DNA of 59,873 nt from a virus (taxonomy: Duplodnaviria; Caudoviricetes): positions 1-59,873 of the IMG/VR virus record IMGVR_UViG_3300012943_000036; one strand, 5' to 3'. The notes under the pieces were generated by a model. The model had not been told where the DNA came from. It worked only from the letters and a program-made list of their open reading frames with translations, and searched no databases. This document shows positions 29,199 to 40,096 of this stretch, piece by piece. Position numbers and translations under genes: made by a program. The stretch's first letter is position 1, and every line of letters begins with the position of its first letter.

Positions 29199-30924
29199 CG
29201 CCAGGATCACCTACCTTCGTGATGCGCTTGCCAGTGGCAGACATAGCGCCAAGCTTGAGCGGGATTGCGAACGTGTCAACCAGGTACTTGTCTGGCTCGT
29301 AATCCTGCATGTCGGGATCGAGAATCTGCGAGACGATGTTCGCCTCGAGGTAAGGGTACACAATCGAGTCGAAGCTCAACTCGTATGTCTCAAGTGCAGA
29401 CACGCTGAGGAACTTCAGCGCCAGCGCTTCCGCGTCAGCGTCGGACGTAACTGTGTCAAGACTGTAGTCGTAGTACCGATCCCCGATCCTGGAGATTCGA
29501 GTCGGTGACGACGGGTCAGTGTTGATCGCCTCGCCGAAGTATGGAATCTGACTTCCGTCAGGGCTTCCGTAGACGACGATGTGATTGAACAGGTTTGAGT
29601 CGTTGGTCGACCGCTCCAAAGAGACGAGGTTACCGTCCGACCCTGTCTTGAAGACTTGTACCGCTGTGTCGAGCGTCGGATCTGGAAGCGGCTCCATCGT
29701 GAGGATACCGCCGTTACTGAAGTAGAGCTGTTGGCCGATACCCTGGGCTGCAGCGATGGCAATGTCTGACCTAGCAGTATTCCGAGTATACGACAGGTCA
29801 GACGTGAGGACTGCATCCGAAGGTGGAATGTTGATCTCACGAGTGATCCCCGAGTTACGCGCCATAGCAACGATCAGATCGGTGACAAGTGTTCCCGAAC
29901 TAAACGTCTCATCTTGAGACAGCTTCGAGTTCATCATCCGCTTCATGTAGTCCCGAGCCGTCACGCCAAGTTGGTAAGGAAAGCGCTTATCGTTGATCTG
30001 GTCGATGCAGAACTCGCCGATCTGTGATTCCCACTCGCCGTCAGTAGACCAGTCAGCAAGCCACTGGATTACCGCAAGAAGTAGCGCCTTGATCTGCGCC
30101 GAATCCGGGTTAGGCAGGTGTAAGTCTACCCACCTTCCTCCGGTTTCGTTCGTTGCTAGCGTCCCTGTAATCATGGAGGGGTCGGTGCCGTTCACCCATA
30201 CAGCGAACACCTGGACCCCCGCCGCTGCATCGGACACGGCCCATCCCGGCGCGGTACCCCCAGCCGCCCCGGACGACCAGGACCCGGCTAGCGGGGTGTC
30301 AGTGTCGACTGACGTAGCACCCCATGTAACTGCGCCGGAAGTCGATCCTGACGCCAGGAGAGGAACCTCTGCGTCGGTGTTCCCCGTGCTAAAGGTGAGT
30401 ACAGCACGCCCTGCGTAATACTGTCCAAGAAGAAGATCAGCCTTGACGGTCGGCTGATCTTCGGTGTAACTCACGACGACGTCGGAGTCAGCATCACCCC
30501 AGGTATCTGCGCCCAGGTTGATGAAAGTCCTGGTGAACCCGAGACTGCGAAGTGCGAGTTGCATCTTCTGCGAGCCATACAGTTCCTTCTGCTCAACGAC
30601 AGTGATCTTCGGAGACGAGATGGGAACGATGTACTTGACGCCTCTGTAGATCGACAGAACCTTGTCATACCAGAAGCCACTGTTCGGATTGGGTCGAAGC
30701 AGCTTGTCGTCGTTGAGCAGGGTGAGATCGAGCGTACGCCGCTCCGGTCGAGACGAGTCAACCGAGACATTCCCGTCGACCAGACGAAGAATCATCTCTT
30801 CGTCAGCCGACGGGTACCACGGAGTAGTTCCATCAGCTTCGTAGATCTCAAGACGACGAGTGATAGAACAGTTGCCTGACTCTATCGCCTCTGTCACAGA
30901 AGCCGGGGGAACAACAATGCTCAC
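29191..30924 (-). CDS. Minor tail protein (baseplate hub-like) with inserted domain
   Basis: GNVSVD..RPERRTL, IYRGV, IGEF, NHIVVYG, DPSSPT motifs. Confidence 0.75.
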   Translation of the reverse strand: MSIVVPPASVTEAIESGNCSITRRLEIYEADGTTPWYPSADEEMILRLVDGNVSVDSSRPERRTLDLTLLNDDKLLRPNPNSGFWYDKVLSIYRGVKYIVPISSPKITVVEQKELYGSQKMQLALRSLGFTRTFINLGADTWGDADSDVVVSYTEDQPTVKADLLLGQYYAGRAVLTFSTGNTDAEVPLLASGSTSGAVTWGATSVDTDTPLAGSWSSGAAGGTAPGWAVSDAAAGVQVFAVWVNGTDPSMITGTLATNETGGRWVDLHLPNPDSAQIKALLLAVIQWLADWSTDGEWESQIGEFCIDQINDKRFPYQLGVTARDYMKRMMNSKLSQDETFSSGTLVTDLIVAMARNSGITREINIPPSDAVLTSDLSYTRNTARSDIAIAAAQGIGQQLYFSNGGILTMEPLPDPTLDTAVQVFKTGSDGNLVSLERSTNDSNLFNHIVVYGSPDGSQIPYFGEAINTDPSSPTRISRIGDRYYDYSLDTVTSDADAEALALKFLSVSALETYELSFDSIVYPYLEANIVSQILDPDMQDYEPDKYLVDTFAIPLKLGAMSATGKRITKVGDPGDG

Positions 30925-33896
30925 TCACCGACCTCCTGGTATGGCACTGTCACGTCACAGAACTCGTCGATACCGACACCCGCAATACGGCTCACCTGAA
31001 GGTCCCCCACCGAGACGAGCTTCACGTCTCCGAACGGAGTCCGCAGGTAAAGCGGCCTCTTGAGCTCTTTGATGTCCTCTAGCGTTTGTTTCTTCTGCCG
31101 AGCGGTTGTCGATCCCGAGTTGCGAAGCTGGGCTACGAGCGAACCGTTGTAGCCTAACCTATCACCATAGTCAGTGTGGTTGCCACGACCGATAACGTGG
31201 TAAGTCTCCGTTTCGTACTCCACGTTGTAAGAATCGGCAGTCACGTTGAACAGCCGGAAAGCGCCACCCAGGCTCAGGATCGGGTCAACGATCCAGTACG
31301 AGTCAGACTGCGGGTTGCCGTACGCGGCCGGACCTGCATCCGAGTAGACCACGTCATTGAAGACTGTTGCGCCCTGCACAAGCCGATAGCCGACCTGGTA
31401 GTTGGTACCAGGCGCCATGTAGTCGTGGTACTCGTAGTCAGTGTCATTCTCGTATACAGTGACTACATCAGTCCACTCGCCGAACTGAGCGATATCTCCG
31501 CTAGCGTCGAGGAGATTCGCCTGTCGCTGAAGGACGTACTGAGCGAAGTTCGGATCCTTGCCCGAGTCGTCCCAGGTGATAACGACGTAGCCTTCGCCCT
31601 CGACATTGTAGTGAGTCAGGTCGATGACCGGAAGCGAAGTCGGCATGGCCGGTGGCGTCCAAGATGCTGAGAAGCCGATCGGATCAGACTTGCCCTGGAA
31701 TCCGATCGAGTCTGAGGCAAGTACGGTTACCGTGTACTTGCCGAGGTTATGGAAGATGGCTGTAGAGCCGTCGACCGTGTACGCCGTGCCACTTGGATCG
31801 TTGACAAGTTTGGTTCCACTATCCCAGACAGTTGCGCGGCCCTGCGTTATCAGAATTCGATACGTCTTGACCGTAGCTGAACCCGAAGTGTCAACGGTGA
31901 ACTCAACGTGAGGAACTGGAGTACCGACGTCTTCGCCAACTGTCGGCGAGGTGATCGTGATAGTCGGAGGAACCTCGATCTTGAAGTTCACGCGACCCGA
32001 CACAGGACCCTCTGTGTCGTAGAGGTCCCAGAGAGTTACCTGCCAGGAGATGTCTTCGTCAACATGTCCCGTCGGAATCTCGAGGAGCGCATAGTTATCT
32101 TCTGAGGTGATCTTGCCGGTATCGAGGATCGTGGACCCGTCGCTGTTCTTGATGACAACGACCTGGTACGCAGACTGTGAATCTGTATCCGACGGATCAA
32201 CGAATGTCCACTTGAACATCAGCAGATCACCAGTCAGAAGACCGTTGAACGATCCGTCTGCAGGACTCATGCCAGTAGCTGACGGCGGGTGCGAGACAGT
32301 GAAGTGAGACGTAGCACCCCAAGGTCCAACATTACCAAAGACGTCTACATCTCGAGCGCGAACATATACCGTCTGGTTCGGAGTGATTGCGTGAGTCGGA
32401 TCGACAACTCCGTTCACAATCCCGTCAGAACCGATCGCAGAGTTGACCTTGTCGACTACGACGAACTCACTCGGAGGAATGTCTACAACTCCGGTCGTGA
32501 ATCCAGTATCAAGTGCGAACTGATACTCAACGGACAACGGTGCCTGGAAGTAAGTTGTCTGATACTTAATCCGAGACTGGAGCGTCGGAGTAGATGTGAC
32601 GACATTGCTACCGCTAGCAGGGTAGACAACCGACGGAGCCTGCAAGTATTGCGTACGGACTGTTTCGAAGTAGACATGCCTGTTTGTTGCGGTTCTACTC
32701 GTGTGAATTATGGTATCACACAGACTTCCCTGACCATTACGCTGGCCACCTGACGCAAGCATGACAAGAGACTGATTGCCAATGTAGCCAATCGGAATGA
32801 ACCACGTACCTCGTTGCCCAAAGACAAATGCATCTTTACTAGAGTCAAACGTAGCCGTGAAATTCAGAAGAGTCTTGACAGGGAACTGACTTGTTGAAAC
32901 ACCATACAAGAAGACAATACTGTTAGCCGAGCAGGTCATGCCCATGTACCGCTTGCCAATCTGGGAAGGGGTACTCGGATTAGCAAAGATCACTTCGCTG
33001 TTGCCGACGAGCTGCTGGGCGCGAGGCACGTTGAATCGAATCGCATACATTCTGCGATGCACCTCAGAGTGCATGATCCCGAGGTAGACCTCTTGCGGGT
33101 TGTCCATGTTGCGGAACCAGCGACAAAGCCTGGCTTCGCCAGAAGTGGACTTGGGGTTCGCCTCGCCTGCAGCGTAGGCGCCGATGCCAGTGTCAGGCAG
33201 TCCGACACGCAGCGTCCCGTCATCAACCTTGCAATCAGGTCGATAGATTCCGACACCGTTGTCCTTTGACCCATTGGAGCGACCAAAGGCAATGAAGAGC
33301 TGATCGTATGAATTACCGCTGTAACTCACAGGAGGAGCGACCACTAGCGACACGGACTGACAGCCTGCTACCCAGGAGTTTGAGTGAACAGTATGCGAAC
33401 CCGAGACGTCCCACGATCCGCTGTTCTTGTTGAACAACCTGATTCCGTATGCCGAACCAGGACCGTTCCAGAAGACAGCAACGACGTAAGTGTTACCCGA
33501 GTCTGCTGTGTCGATGTCGAAGTCTTCGAACTCGTTATCACCAGTAAGAAGCTGAAGTTGTGACCACCCGCTCACTGACCAGGTAGAAGTCGTAACTCGA
33601 CAAACCCGCAGATCTTGCTTCCCGACGCCTAGCGCAACGATGTTCAGGTTGTCCGAAGCGCCGAGCGAAGCTGACACAGAGTTGAACGAGATAGAACTCC
33701 AACAGTCAACAGTGGCTCGCAATGTCCATGACGACCTGTCAGAACTTTCATAGACATAGAGATGCTGTACCCCACCAGTTCCTTCGTCACGAATCAGAGC
33801 AAGAACATGCCCATTAGACATCGTGAAGACCTGACGCATGCCAGCATCTTGGGCGTTGTCTGTCTCTTTGTTGAGATCACGAACAATGACTGCCAT
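30921..33896 (-). CDS. Large minor tail protein (Ig/FN3-like repeats, distal-tail-like C-terminus)
   Basis: Directly follows tape measure; F.WTF.DP..DSQSAYQV motif. Confidence 0.75.
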   Translation of the reverse strand: MAVIVRDLNKETDNAQDAGMRQVFTMSNGHVLALIRDEGTGGVQHLYVYESSDRSSWTLRATVDCWSSISFNSVSASLGASDNLNIVALGVGKQDLRVCRVTTSTWSVSGWSQLQLLTGDNEFEDFDIDTADSGNTYVVAVFWNGPGSAYGIRLFNKNSGSWDVSGSHTVHSNSWVAGCQSVSLVVAPPVSYSGNSYDQLFIAFGRSNGSKDNGVGIYRPDCKVDDGTLRVGLPDTGIGAYAAGEANPKSTSGEARLCRWFRNMDNPQEVYLGIMHSEVHRRMYAIRFNVPRAQQLVGNSEVIFANPSTPSQIGKRYMGMTCSANSIVFLYGVSTSQFPVKTLLNFTATFDSSKDAFVFGQRGTWFIPIGYIGNQSLVMLASGGQRNGQGSLCDTIIHTSRTATNRHVYFETVRTQYLQAPSVVYPASGSNVVTSTPTLQSRIKYQTTYFQAPLSVEYQFALDTGFTTGVVDIPPSEFVVVDKVNSAIGSDGIVNGVVDPTHAITPNQTVYVRARDVDVFGNVGPWGATSHFTVSHPPSATGMSPADGSFNGLLTGDLLMFKWTFVDPSDTDSQSAYQVVVIKNSDGSTILDTGKITSEDNYALLEIPTGHVDEDISWQVTLWDLYDTEGPVSGRVNFKIEVPPTITITSPTVGEDVGTPVPHVEFTVDTSGSATVKTYRILITQGRATVWDSGTKLVNDPSGTAYTVDGSTAIFHNLGKYTVTVLASDSIGFQGKSDPIGFSASWTPPAMPTSLPVIDLTHYNVEGEGYVVITWDDSGKDPNFAQYVLQRQANLLDASGDIAQFGEWTDVVTVYENDTDYEYHDYMAPGTNYQVGYRLVQGATVFNDVVYSDAGPAAYGNPQSDSYWIVDPILSLGGAFRLFNVTADSYNVEYETETYHVIGRGNHTDYGDRLGYNGSLVAQLRNSGSTTARQKKQTLEDIKELKRPLYLRTPFGDVKLVSVGDLQVSRIAGVGIDEFCDVTVPYQEVGE

Positions 33897-36800
33897 TAGC
33901 CTGCCAGACTCTCCAGGTTGCTGATGAGGGTATCAACATCTTCGCCAGACTTGACATTCGGGAACTCAAGGTTTCCGTTGAAGATGAAGGTGTTATTCGT
34001 TCCGCCTCCACCGAGGCTCTTCGGGTTGAACGCTGACTGATCCTGGTACTTGGCCCAGCGCGGCGCGTACGGTCCAGTCAAGGGGATGACAGCCTCGTCG
34101 TAACCCTTGTCTCCGGCCATGATGGGTGTCCCGAGTCTCGACCCCTTCACAACACCGCCTGTGTACATCGGCAGTAGCGGGAACGGGTTGTCAGGCAGGT
34201 TGATGTCAGGCGCATGGGGAATGGAGATCTTGTCCGGGATATGGTCGTTGATGTACGTGATCCCAGAGTTGATAAAGCCCTTCATCGCACTCCACAGGTT
34301 GCTAGCGATCGACCGCTCCAAGTCGCCAACCTTCTGCAGGCCAGCCCAGAACTTGTCGATCAACGCCTTGCCAGCGTCTCCGAAGTTGCTGGCGAGCCCC
34401 TTGATCTTGCCAGGGATATCCTTGATCCAGCCCACGAGGTCAGTGAACTTGTCCTTGATGCCGCCGACGATGTCGCCGATCTTGCCTCGTGCGGTACTCA
34501 TGATGTCTCTGATCTTGTCGAAGGCATCTTGCACCTTGTTCCAGAGAGGCACGAGCGCCTTCTGCCAGATCAGCGAAGCCCAACCGTACCAAGGCTGAAG
34601 GGCTGCCTTGATCCAAGGCCACCACTTGCTGATGAGATCCTTGAGCTTGTTCCAGGCGTTCTTAAAGAACTCGCCGATCGGCTTGAGCACATGGTTGTAG
34701 ATGCTCTTCGGGAGATCCCACCAGAACTTGAACCACTTGATGACACCCTTGACGAGGTCTGGGATAATCGAGTGGCCTACAAGAACATCCCAAAGCCACT
34801 TGAAGAATCCGAAGATTCCCTCAACGATTCCCTCAACCACATTCAAGATCAGGTGACCCGCTGCGGTCAGAAGGTTCCAGATAATCTTGCCGAGGCCGCT
34901 GAAGATATCCAGGAAGCCCTTTTTAATCATGTCCCCATTCAGGCTGAGGATACCGATGATGACCTCGAGGGCGCCTCGGATCACACGAATGACTCCGACG
35001 AGAATGTCGCCGATGTCCTTCATGAGCGGGCCGATAACCTCGGCGACGACATGCAGGACAATCTTTGCAAGGAAGAGAAACTCACCGATCACTAGCGCAA
35101 GGATTGGCTTGATGATTGTCCAGATGTTCTTGATCGCCTTGCCGAGCGGCTTCCAGAGAGCGCCGAACTGCTTGAGCTCGGGACCAACCTTCTTCCAGAT
35201 TCCCTCTAGGCCGTGGATCAGTCCGCCAGCGATGCGCTTGATGTCAGGCCCAAGCAACTTCCACGCCTTGCCTGCGATGTTGGAGAAGAACTTGAAGACG
35301 CCGGAAAGGAAGTCAATGATGTCACCGATCTGCTTCTTCGCCTGCTTCATGGTGTCACCCTTGCCGACACCACCGAAGATTGCACTGATTGGGTTCTTCA
35401 TTCCCTTGAAGAGTGGGTGCGAGCTGAAGTAGTCCTTAACGGCACCCCAAGCACTCTTCGCCTTCTCGACCAAGGGCTTGAATGGGTTAAGCGAACTGAA
35501 CATGTCCGAAGTCTGATTGGCGAGCTGGTCGGTGAACTTCTGGATCTGTTTGGACTGATCTTTCCAGTTCTTCCGCGGTCCGATGCCAGCGCCGCCCGTG
35601 TCTGGGAAGTTCCCCTTCTTTGCCATGTTGAAGGCTTGCATAGCGGGCGACACTGAGCCCGTAGCACCCTTCTTCTTTTTCTTGTCCATCGCTGCATTCA
35701 TCTTCGACGCAGCGTCGGTGACGTTGTTCAGTGAGTCTTCGATCGCCTGGATCGCATCGTTGACTTGGTTGTACTTCGCAGTGATCTTGTCAAGGCTCTT
35801 CTGCTGCTTGTCAACCTGCTTCTGGGTCTTGTCAACGAGCGGAGAGTACTTGGCGATCTGCTGCTGCGCCTTGCCAACGCCGGCGAGGATCTGATCGAAT
35901 GTCAGTTCCTTGGTGGTGTTCGCAGCCTTCTGGATCTGGTAGTTCAAGTCGTCAAACTTGAGCGCCTTGACCAAGTCGAGACGGTCGGCAGTGTGCTGGA
36001 GAGCGTCAAGGCGATCCTGCATATTCTGCAGAGCGTCGGCGTTCTGGCTGTAACCCTTCTTCTGCTTCTCAAGCGCCTTGATCTGTGCGTCATAGACACC
36101 CGTGATGTCAGACCCTGCGCCACCAGCCGCGAGGTCGTTACGCTTCCCAGAGAGCAACTCCTGGGATGCGTTGATCTTGTCCATCTTGGCTTTGAGGTCA
36201 TCGAGCGACGCGCCGCCCTTGTCTGCCATGTTCATCATGGCAAGCTTCAAGCGATTCTGTGCCACCGTGTTGCGCTCGATCTGGTCGTCCATGTCCTGCA
36301 TGCCCTTGAGGGGCGCACTGGCATAGTACGACAGAGAGTCTTGTGCAGCCTGAAGCTTCGCGTTGTACTTGTCGAGCTTAGCGGACAAGGCGTCGACAAT
36401 CCGCTGCTGCGCCTCCATCTTCTTGTTGAGGCGATCTGCAACCGGAGTCAGGTTGTTGAGCATCTTGGTCAGCTTGTCATACGATCCTAGGATGGCCGGA
36501 CCCGCACCAGCCTTCTTCAGCTCGTGACGATTCTGCTTCTGCTCCTGAACCTGCGCGTTCATGTTGATACCGGCAGTCAACTTGCCGAATCGAGAGATCT
36601 CACGATACGCAGACTGTATGTACTGCTTGATGCCGTTCAGCCTGGAGAACTGCTTAGTGACTACGTCCATGCCCTTCGTCACGTTCTCAACGAGCGAAGG
36701 CGAGTGGTGTGCGAACGGGTTGAGATACGAGAACCAGCTGTAGACAGCCTTAGCGGCAGCAGCGACAATGTCGACAACTTGAATCATTGCGTTCTGCACA

Positions 36801-39157
36801 CCCTGCGGAAGCATGTGGAATACACGCAGGATCAGAGTGCCAAGCTGATTGAACATCTTGGCGATACCAGGAATACCAGTCCTGATATAGTTGTACGTGT
36901 TCACAACAATCTGCTTGATCTGATCGCGGAACACGTATGCGATTCCGATGATGGCAGCAACAATGACGGCTGGCCATGACAAGAAGAACTTGCCAAACCT
37001 AAGCAAGAAGGGAATCAGAGCCTTGAAGACTCCGATCACACCGGTCACGCCCGCGCGACTGAACGCGACCATCGTCAGGGCCATGCCCTTCCAGATGGTA
37101 GCGGACGCTGCGGCTGTCGTTGTCCAGATGACAACAAGTGCGGCACGCATCCTGGCGAAGATGCCTACCTGCATCACCGCACCTACAACTGCCTGCGCTC
37201 GCAACAGAGCCCACCCTGCGGCGGCGACGACCCTCAACGTTTCCCAGGTAGTAGTCCAGGCTACAACCATCGCCTTGCCGAGGACAGTGAAGATTGCGGC
37301 AATGCCCATCATCTTGCGGACAAGCCCGAACTGTGTCGCAAGGCCAACGAGGGTTACAGCCTTGAAGTACGCCCAGAGCGCAGCCCACCGAGACATGCCA
37401 GCAACCTCGGCAGTAGCCTGGATGAGCAGCCAGCGAAGCCAGAACAGCTTTGCGAAGTTGAGAAGCGTGATGAATCGCAGCATCTGAACCTTGACGAAGT
37501 CAGCTGCGAACAGCGCTGCACCCTTGAGTGCGAGGATCCAACCGCCGTTGAAGAGTCCGAAGACCACCTTGTTCCAGGTTGCCAAGAAGAGCCCAAAGCC
37601 CTTCCAGATACTCATAGACTCCGTGACGGCAACGAGGCTCGTCGGAATCAGCATGAGGATGACATCGAACAGAGCCGTGAATCCCATCATCACGGCACGA
37701 AGCGGAAGAACGATCAGCGCCTTGCCGAGGAAGCCGAACGCTGCAGCGAGGTAGCTGACCGAGACGCCCGTGACGCCGACAAGAATCTTCAGGGCGCCAA
37801 GGTATCGAACGAGTGGGCCGATAAGCGCCAGGAACACGAGGCCCAAAAGAATGAGCTTCTGAAGGTGTGGATCCATGTTCGCAAAGGCATTGGCTAGATC
37901 ACCAAGCTTGTCTGCGAGGTAGATGATGAACGGAATGAGCGGCTGGATGATCTTGACGGATGCGTTCTGAAGCATCACCATCATCCGCTGAAGACTACGA
38001 GGGTCAGACTTCAAGACGGTGTTGAGCTCAGACTGCATCACCTTGAAGTTGTTGCCCGAGTCAGCAGCGGCATCGAGTGCCTTCTGATAGAACCCAGTCT
38101 TCTTGCTCATCTCGTCCATGAGGACGTTGAACTTGTTGATCTGCCAGCGAGACGCGATGACCGAGGCTGCAACACCCTTGGCTGAACTGGATAGACCTTC
38201 GAAGGCCTTGTTCATGAGGTGGAGCCGGTCGGCAGCGTTGGCTGACTGCCAGGCAACAGAACTGATGTTCAGTCCCATCGCCTTCATGATGTTCATGGAG
38301 TCCTGAGTAGGAGCCATGAGTCGAGAGTAGATGGTCTTGAGCGCGTTACCAGCGTTCGCGGCTGATCCAGTAGCAGGCACCAGCGCTGCGAGTTCTGCGG
38401 CAAGTTCCTTCGTGGAAACGCCAGCCGAACGAGCGACACCTGCGGCACGGGCGAAGCCGTCAATCAGACCACCCATTGAGATGCCGGTCTGGTTTTCGAC
38501 GTTGTTCAGGAGAGCAAGAGTCGACATCAACTGCTTGCTGTTGAGGTTATACTGAGCCTGGATCGAGATAAGGCTCTGTGTCGCTGTGGTTGCGTCCATG
38601 TCGCCGATAATCATGGCTTGCATGGTGTCGTTGACAGACTCTGCAAGACGGCGACCGGAGGCACCTGCAGCAGCCCATGCCCCGGCTACCTCGTCGACTT
38701 CCTTCTTCTGCACTCCGTAGTGATTGGAGATAGCAGTGAAGGCGTCGTCGAGTGCAGCAAGCTCATTGCGCTGAGCCTGCATGGCCTTCGTCTGCGCCTC
38801 GGTAGCAGACATCGTGCCGTGCGACTGCTTGATGAAGAACTTCTGCGCGTCGTTGATCGACCCGTAAACCTTGGCGACGTGAGTGAAGGCAGCCTCTTGA
38901 TCCATCGCAAACTTCGTCGCCGCACCTGCTGCTAGCAGGATGGGTAGCGTGAAGTTGTATTGAAGCTGACGACCGACCCACTGGAGGCGCGAGCCGAACT
39001 TGATCAGAGAGGAGAAGCTCGCAGCACCGAACGGCTGAGTTCGATTCATTGCGACAGTCTCTGCGCGGAGGCCACGCATCTGGCCTTGCATCGCGGCGAT
39101 TGCTGCTTCCGCCTTAGCGGAGCTCACTCGCACCATGATGTTCATGTACGAGGTCAA
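33896..39157 (-). CDS. Tape measure protein
   Basis: 1753 aa; TP901-like core (AGNALKTIYSRL), hydrophobic and coiled-coil stretches. Confidence 0.95.
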   Translation of the reverse strand: MTSYMNIMVRVSSAKAEAAIAAMQGQMRGLRAETVAMNRTQPFGAASFSSLIKFGSRLQWVGRQLQYNFTLPILLAAGAATKFAMDQEAAFTHVAKVYGSINDAQKFFIKQSHGTMSATEAQTKAMQAQRNELAALDDAFTAISNHYGVQKKEVDEVAGAWAAAGASGRRLAESVNDTMQAMIIGDMDATTATQSLISIQAQYNLNSKQLMSTLALLNNVENQTGISMGGLIDGFARAAGVARSAGVSTKELAAELAALVPATGSAANAGNALKTIYSRLMAPTQDSMNIMKAMGLNISSVAWQSANAADRLHLMNKAFEGLSSSAKGVAASVIASRWQINKFNVLMDEMSKKTGFYQKALDAAADSGNNFKVMQSELNTVLKSDPRSLQRMMVMLQNASVKIIQPLIPFIIYLADKLGDLANAFANMDPHLQKLILLGLVFLALIGPLVRYLGALKILVGVTGVSVSYLAAAFGFLGKALIVLPLRAVMMGFTALFDVILMLIPTSLVAVTESMSIWKGFGLFLATWNKVVFGLFNGGWILALKGAALFAADFVKVQMLRFITLLNFAKLFWLRWLLIQATAEVAGMSRWAALWAYFKAVTLVGLATQFGLVRKMMGIAAIFTVLGKAMVVAWTTTWETLRVVAAAGWALLRAQAVVGAVMQVGIFARMRAALVVIWTTTAAASATIWKGMALTMVAFSRAGVTGVIGVFKALIPFLLRFGKFFLSWPAVIVAAIIGIAYVFRDQIKQIVVNTYNYIRTGIPGIAKMFNQLGTLILRVFHMLPQGVQNAMIQVVDIVAAAAKAVYSWFSYLNPFAHHSPSLVENVTKGMDVVTKQFSRLNGIKQYIQSAYREISRFGKLTAGINMNAQVQEQKQNRHELKKAGAGPAILGSYDKLTKMLNNLTPVADRLNKKMEAQQRIVDALSAKLDKYNAKLQAAQDSLSYYASAPLKGMQDMDDQIERNTVAQNRLKLAMMNMADKGGASLDDLKAKMDKINASQELLSGKRNDLAAGGAGSDITGVYDAQIKALEKQKKGYSQNADALQNMQDRLDALQHTADRLDLVKALKFDDLNYQIQKAANTTKELTFDQILAGVGKAQQQIAKYSPLVDKTQKQVDKQQKSLDKITAKYNQVNDAIQAIEDSLNNVTDAASKMNAAMDKKKKKGATGSVSPAMQAFNMAKKGNFPDTGGAGIGPRKNWKDQSKQIQKFTDQLANQTSDMFSSLNPFKPLVEKAKSAWGAVKDYFSSHPLFKGMKNPISAIFGGVGKGDTMKQAKKQIGDIIDFLSGVFKFFSNIAGKAWKLLGPDIKRIAGGLIHGLEGIWKKVGPELKQFGALWKPLGKAIKNIWTIIKPILALVIGEFLFLAKIVLHVVAEVIGPLMKDIGDILVGVIRVIRGALEVIIGILSLNGDMIKKGFLDIFSGLGKIIWNLLTAAGHLILNVVEGIVEGIFGFFKWLWDVLVGHSIIPDLVKGVIKWFKFWWDLPKSIYNHVLKPIGEFFKNAWNKLKDLISKWWPWIKAALQPWYGWASLIWQKALVPLWNKVQDAFDKIRDIMSTARGKIGDIVGGIKDKFTDLVGWIKDIPGKIKGLASNFGDAGKALIDKFWAGLQKVGDLERSIASNLWSAMKGFINSGITYINDHIPDKISIPHAPDINLPDNPFPLLPMYTGGVVKGSRLGTPIMAGDKGYDEAVIPLTGPYAPRWAKYQDQSAFNPKSLGGGGTNNTFIFNGNLEFPNVKSGEDVDTLISNLESLAG

Positions 39158-39227
39158 GGGGTTTGTCCGATCTTAGCGATCTGATGTGCCCCTCTGAGTG
39201 GGCGAAAGACTTGTGCAGCATAGACTA

Positions 39228-39258
39228 CGGCCCCGGTGCGGATCAAGCACCGGGGCCG
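39228..39258 (-). terminator. Hairpin after the tail chaperone genes
   Basis: 12-bp stem CGGCCCCGGTGC/GCACCGGGGCCG. Confidence 0.55.
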
Positions 39259-39272
39259 CTGGCTAGTTCGTG

Positions 39273-39560
39273 TCAATGAGATCTGCCTCGACGGAACAGA
39301 CCCCGCTTTCCTGATGGACCGCCCTGGTTCCGCTTCCGTTCAGCCTCTTCACGCTCTCGCTCTTCATTCAACCTCATCCAGATGTACTGGAACCTATCCA
39401 GTAAGTCTGGGTTCTGGTCGTAGATTCCACCGGCCTGTGGAAGATGGCGAAACTCCATAGCCTGGCACAACGAGAACAGTCTGATCGACGAGTCAACAGG
39501 AGGAGGAATCTCCTGCTGCTTGACGAAGAGGTCTACTTGGTCGCGGAAGAGGCTTCCCCC
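39273..39560 (-). CDS. Tail assembly chaperone, frameshift-accessed C-terminal part (gpGT-like)
   Basis: -1 frame after GGGGGAA; contains LPQAGGIYDQ. Confidence 0.8.
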   Translation of the reverse strand, partial: GGSLFRDQVDLFVKQQEIPPPVDSSIRLFSLCQAMEFRHLPQAGGIYDQNPDLLDRFQYIWMRLNEEREREEAERKRNQGGPSGKRGLFRRGRSH

Positions 39561-40045
39561 GCTTGACGTTCCACGAGCTGCTTGCGGACGTCGTGCAGTC
39601 GGTCGATCTCCTTGTCGATCTCGTCGACAGACATCTCCGACTGCATCCAGGGATTCGCCATGCGGATTGCGAACTCCAGGTCTTCGACGAGCTTTGGGTC
39701 GGCGACCTGGAGCCACTTCGTCAGAAGCTGCTTGGAGAAGGCAGCCTCGCCCATGACGCCACTGGCGTCAGGAGCAAAGAGATGCCAGTCGGTCACGGAG
39801 GTCTTGATGATCGCGTGCCGAGCCTCGGAGGGATCGACCTTCACGCGGGCCGACTGATCGCGGTTCACGATGAGGTCGTTGTTGGTCAGCTTCTCGAACT
39901 GAACCTTCTCGCCCTCGTTCATGATCTTGAACTTGAAGTACTGAACGCCGTCCGGGAGGTACCACTGACTGAAGGATTCAGTACCCCAATAGTCGACGAC
40001 TGGAGCGCTGGCCTGCGATTGGCCGGCGACTGCTGTTTCTGTCAT
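39533..40045 (-). CDS. Tail assembly chaperone (gpG-like)
   Basis: Between tail tube and tape measure; slippery site near its end. Confidence 0.85.
   Translation of the reverse strand: MTETAVAGQSQASAPVVDYWGTESFSQWYLPDGVQYFKFKIMNEGEKVQFEKLTNNDLIVNRDQSARVKVDPSEARHAIIKTSVTDWHLFAPDASGVMGEAAFSKQLLTKWLQVADPKLVEDLEFAIRMANPWMQSEMSVDEIDKEIDRLHDVRKQLVERQAGEASSATK
39554..39560 (-). other. Programmed -1 ribosomal frameshift site GGGGGAA
   Basis: GCG GGG GAA in chaperone frame; -1 frame reads GSLFRDQV and stays open to 39273. Confidence 0.85.
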
Positions 40046-40096
40046 TTCCTATGTGCCCCTTTCGTGGGCTAGTTGGAACTACTAGTAGACGGACTT

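Noticed and set aside
22933-33896. Diversity-generating retroelement or invertible tail fibre locus
   Set aside because: No reverse transcriptase, template/variable repeat pair or inverted cassettes seen
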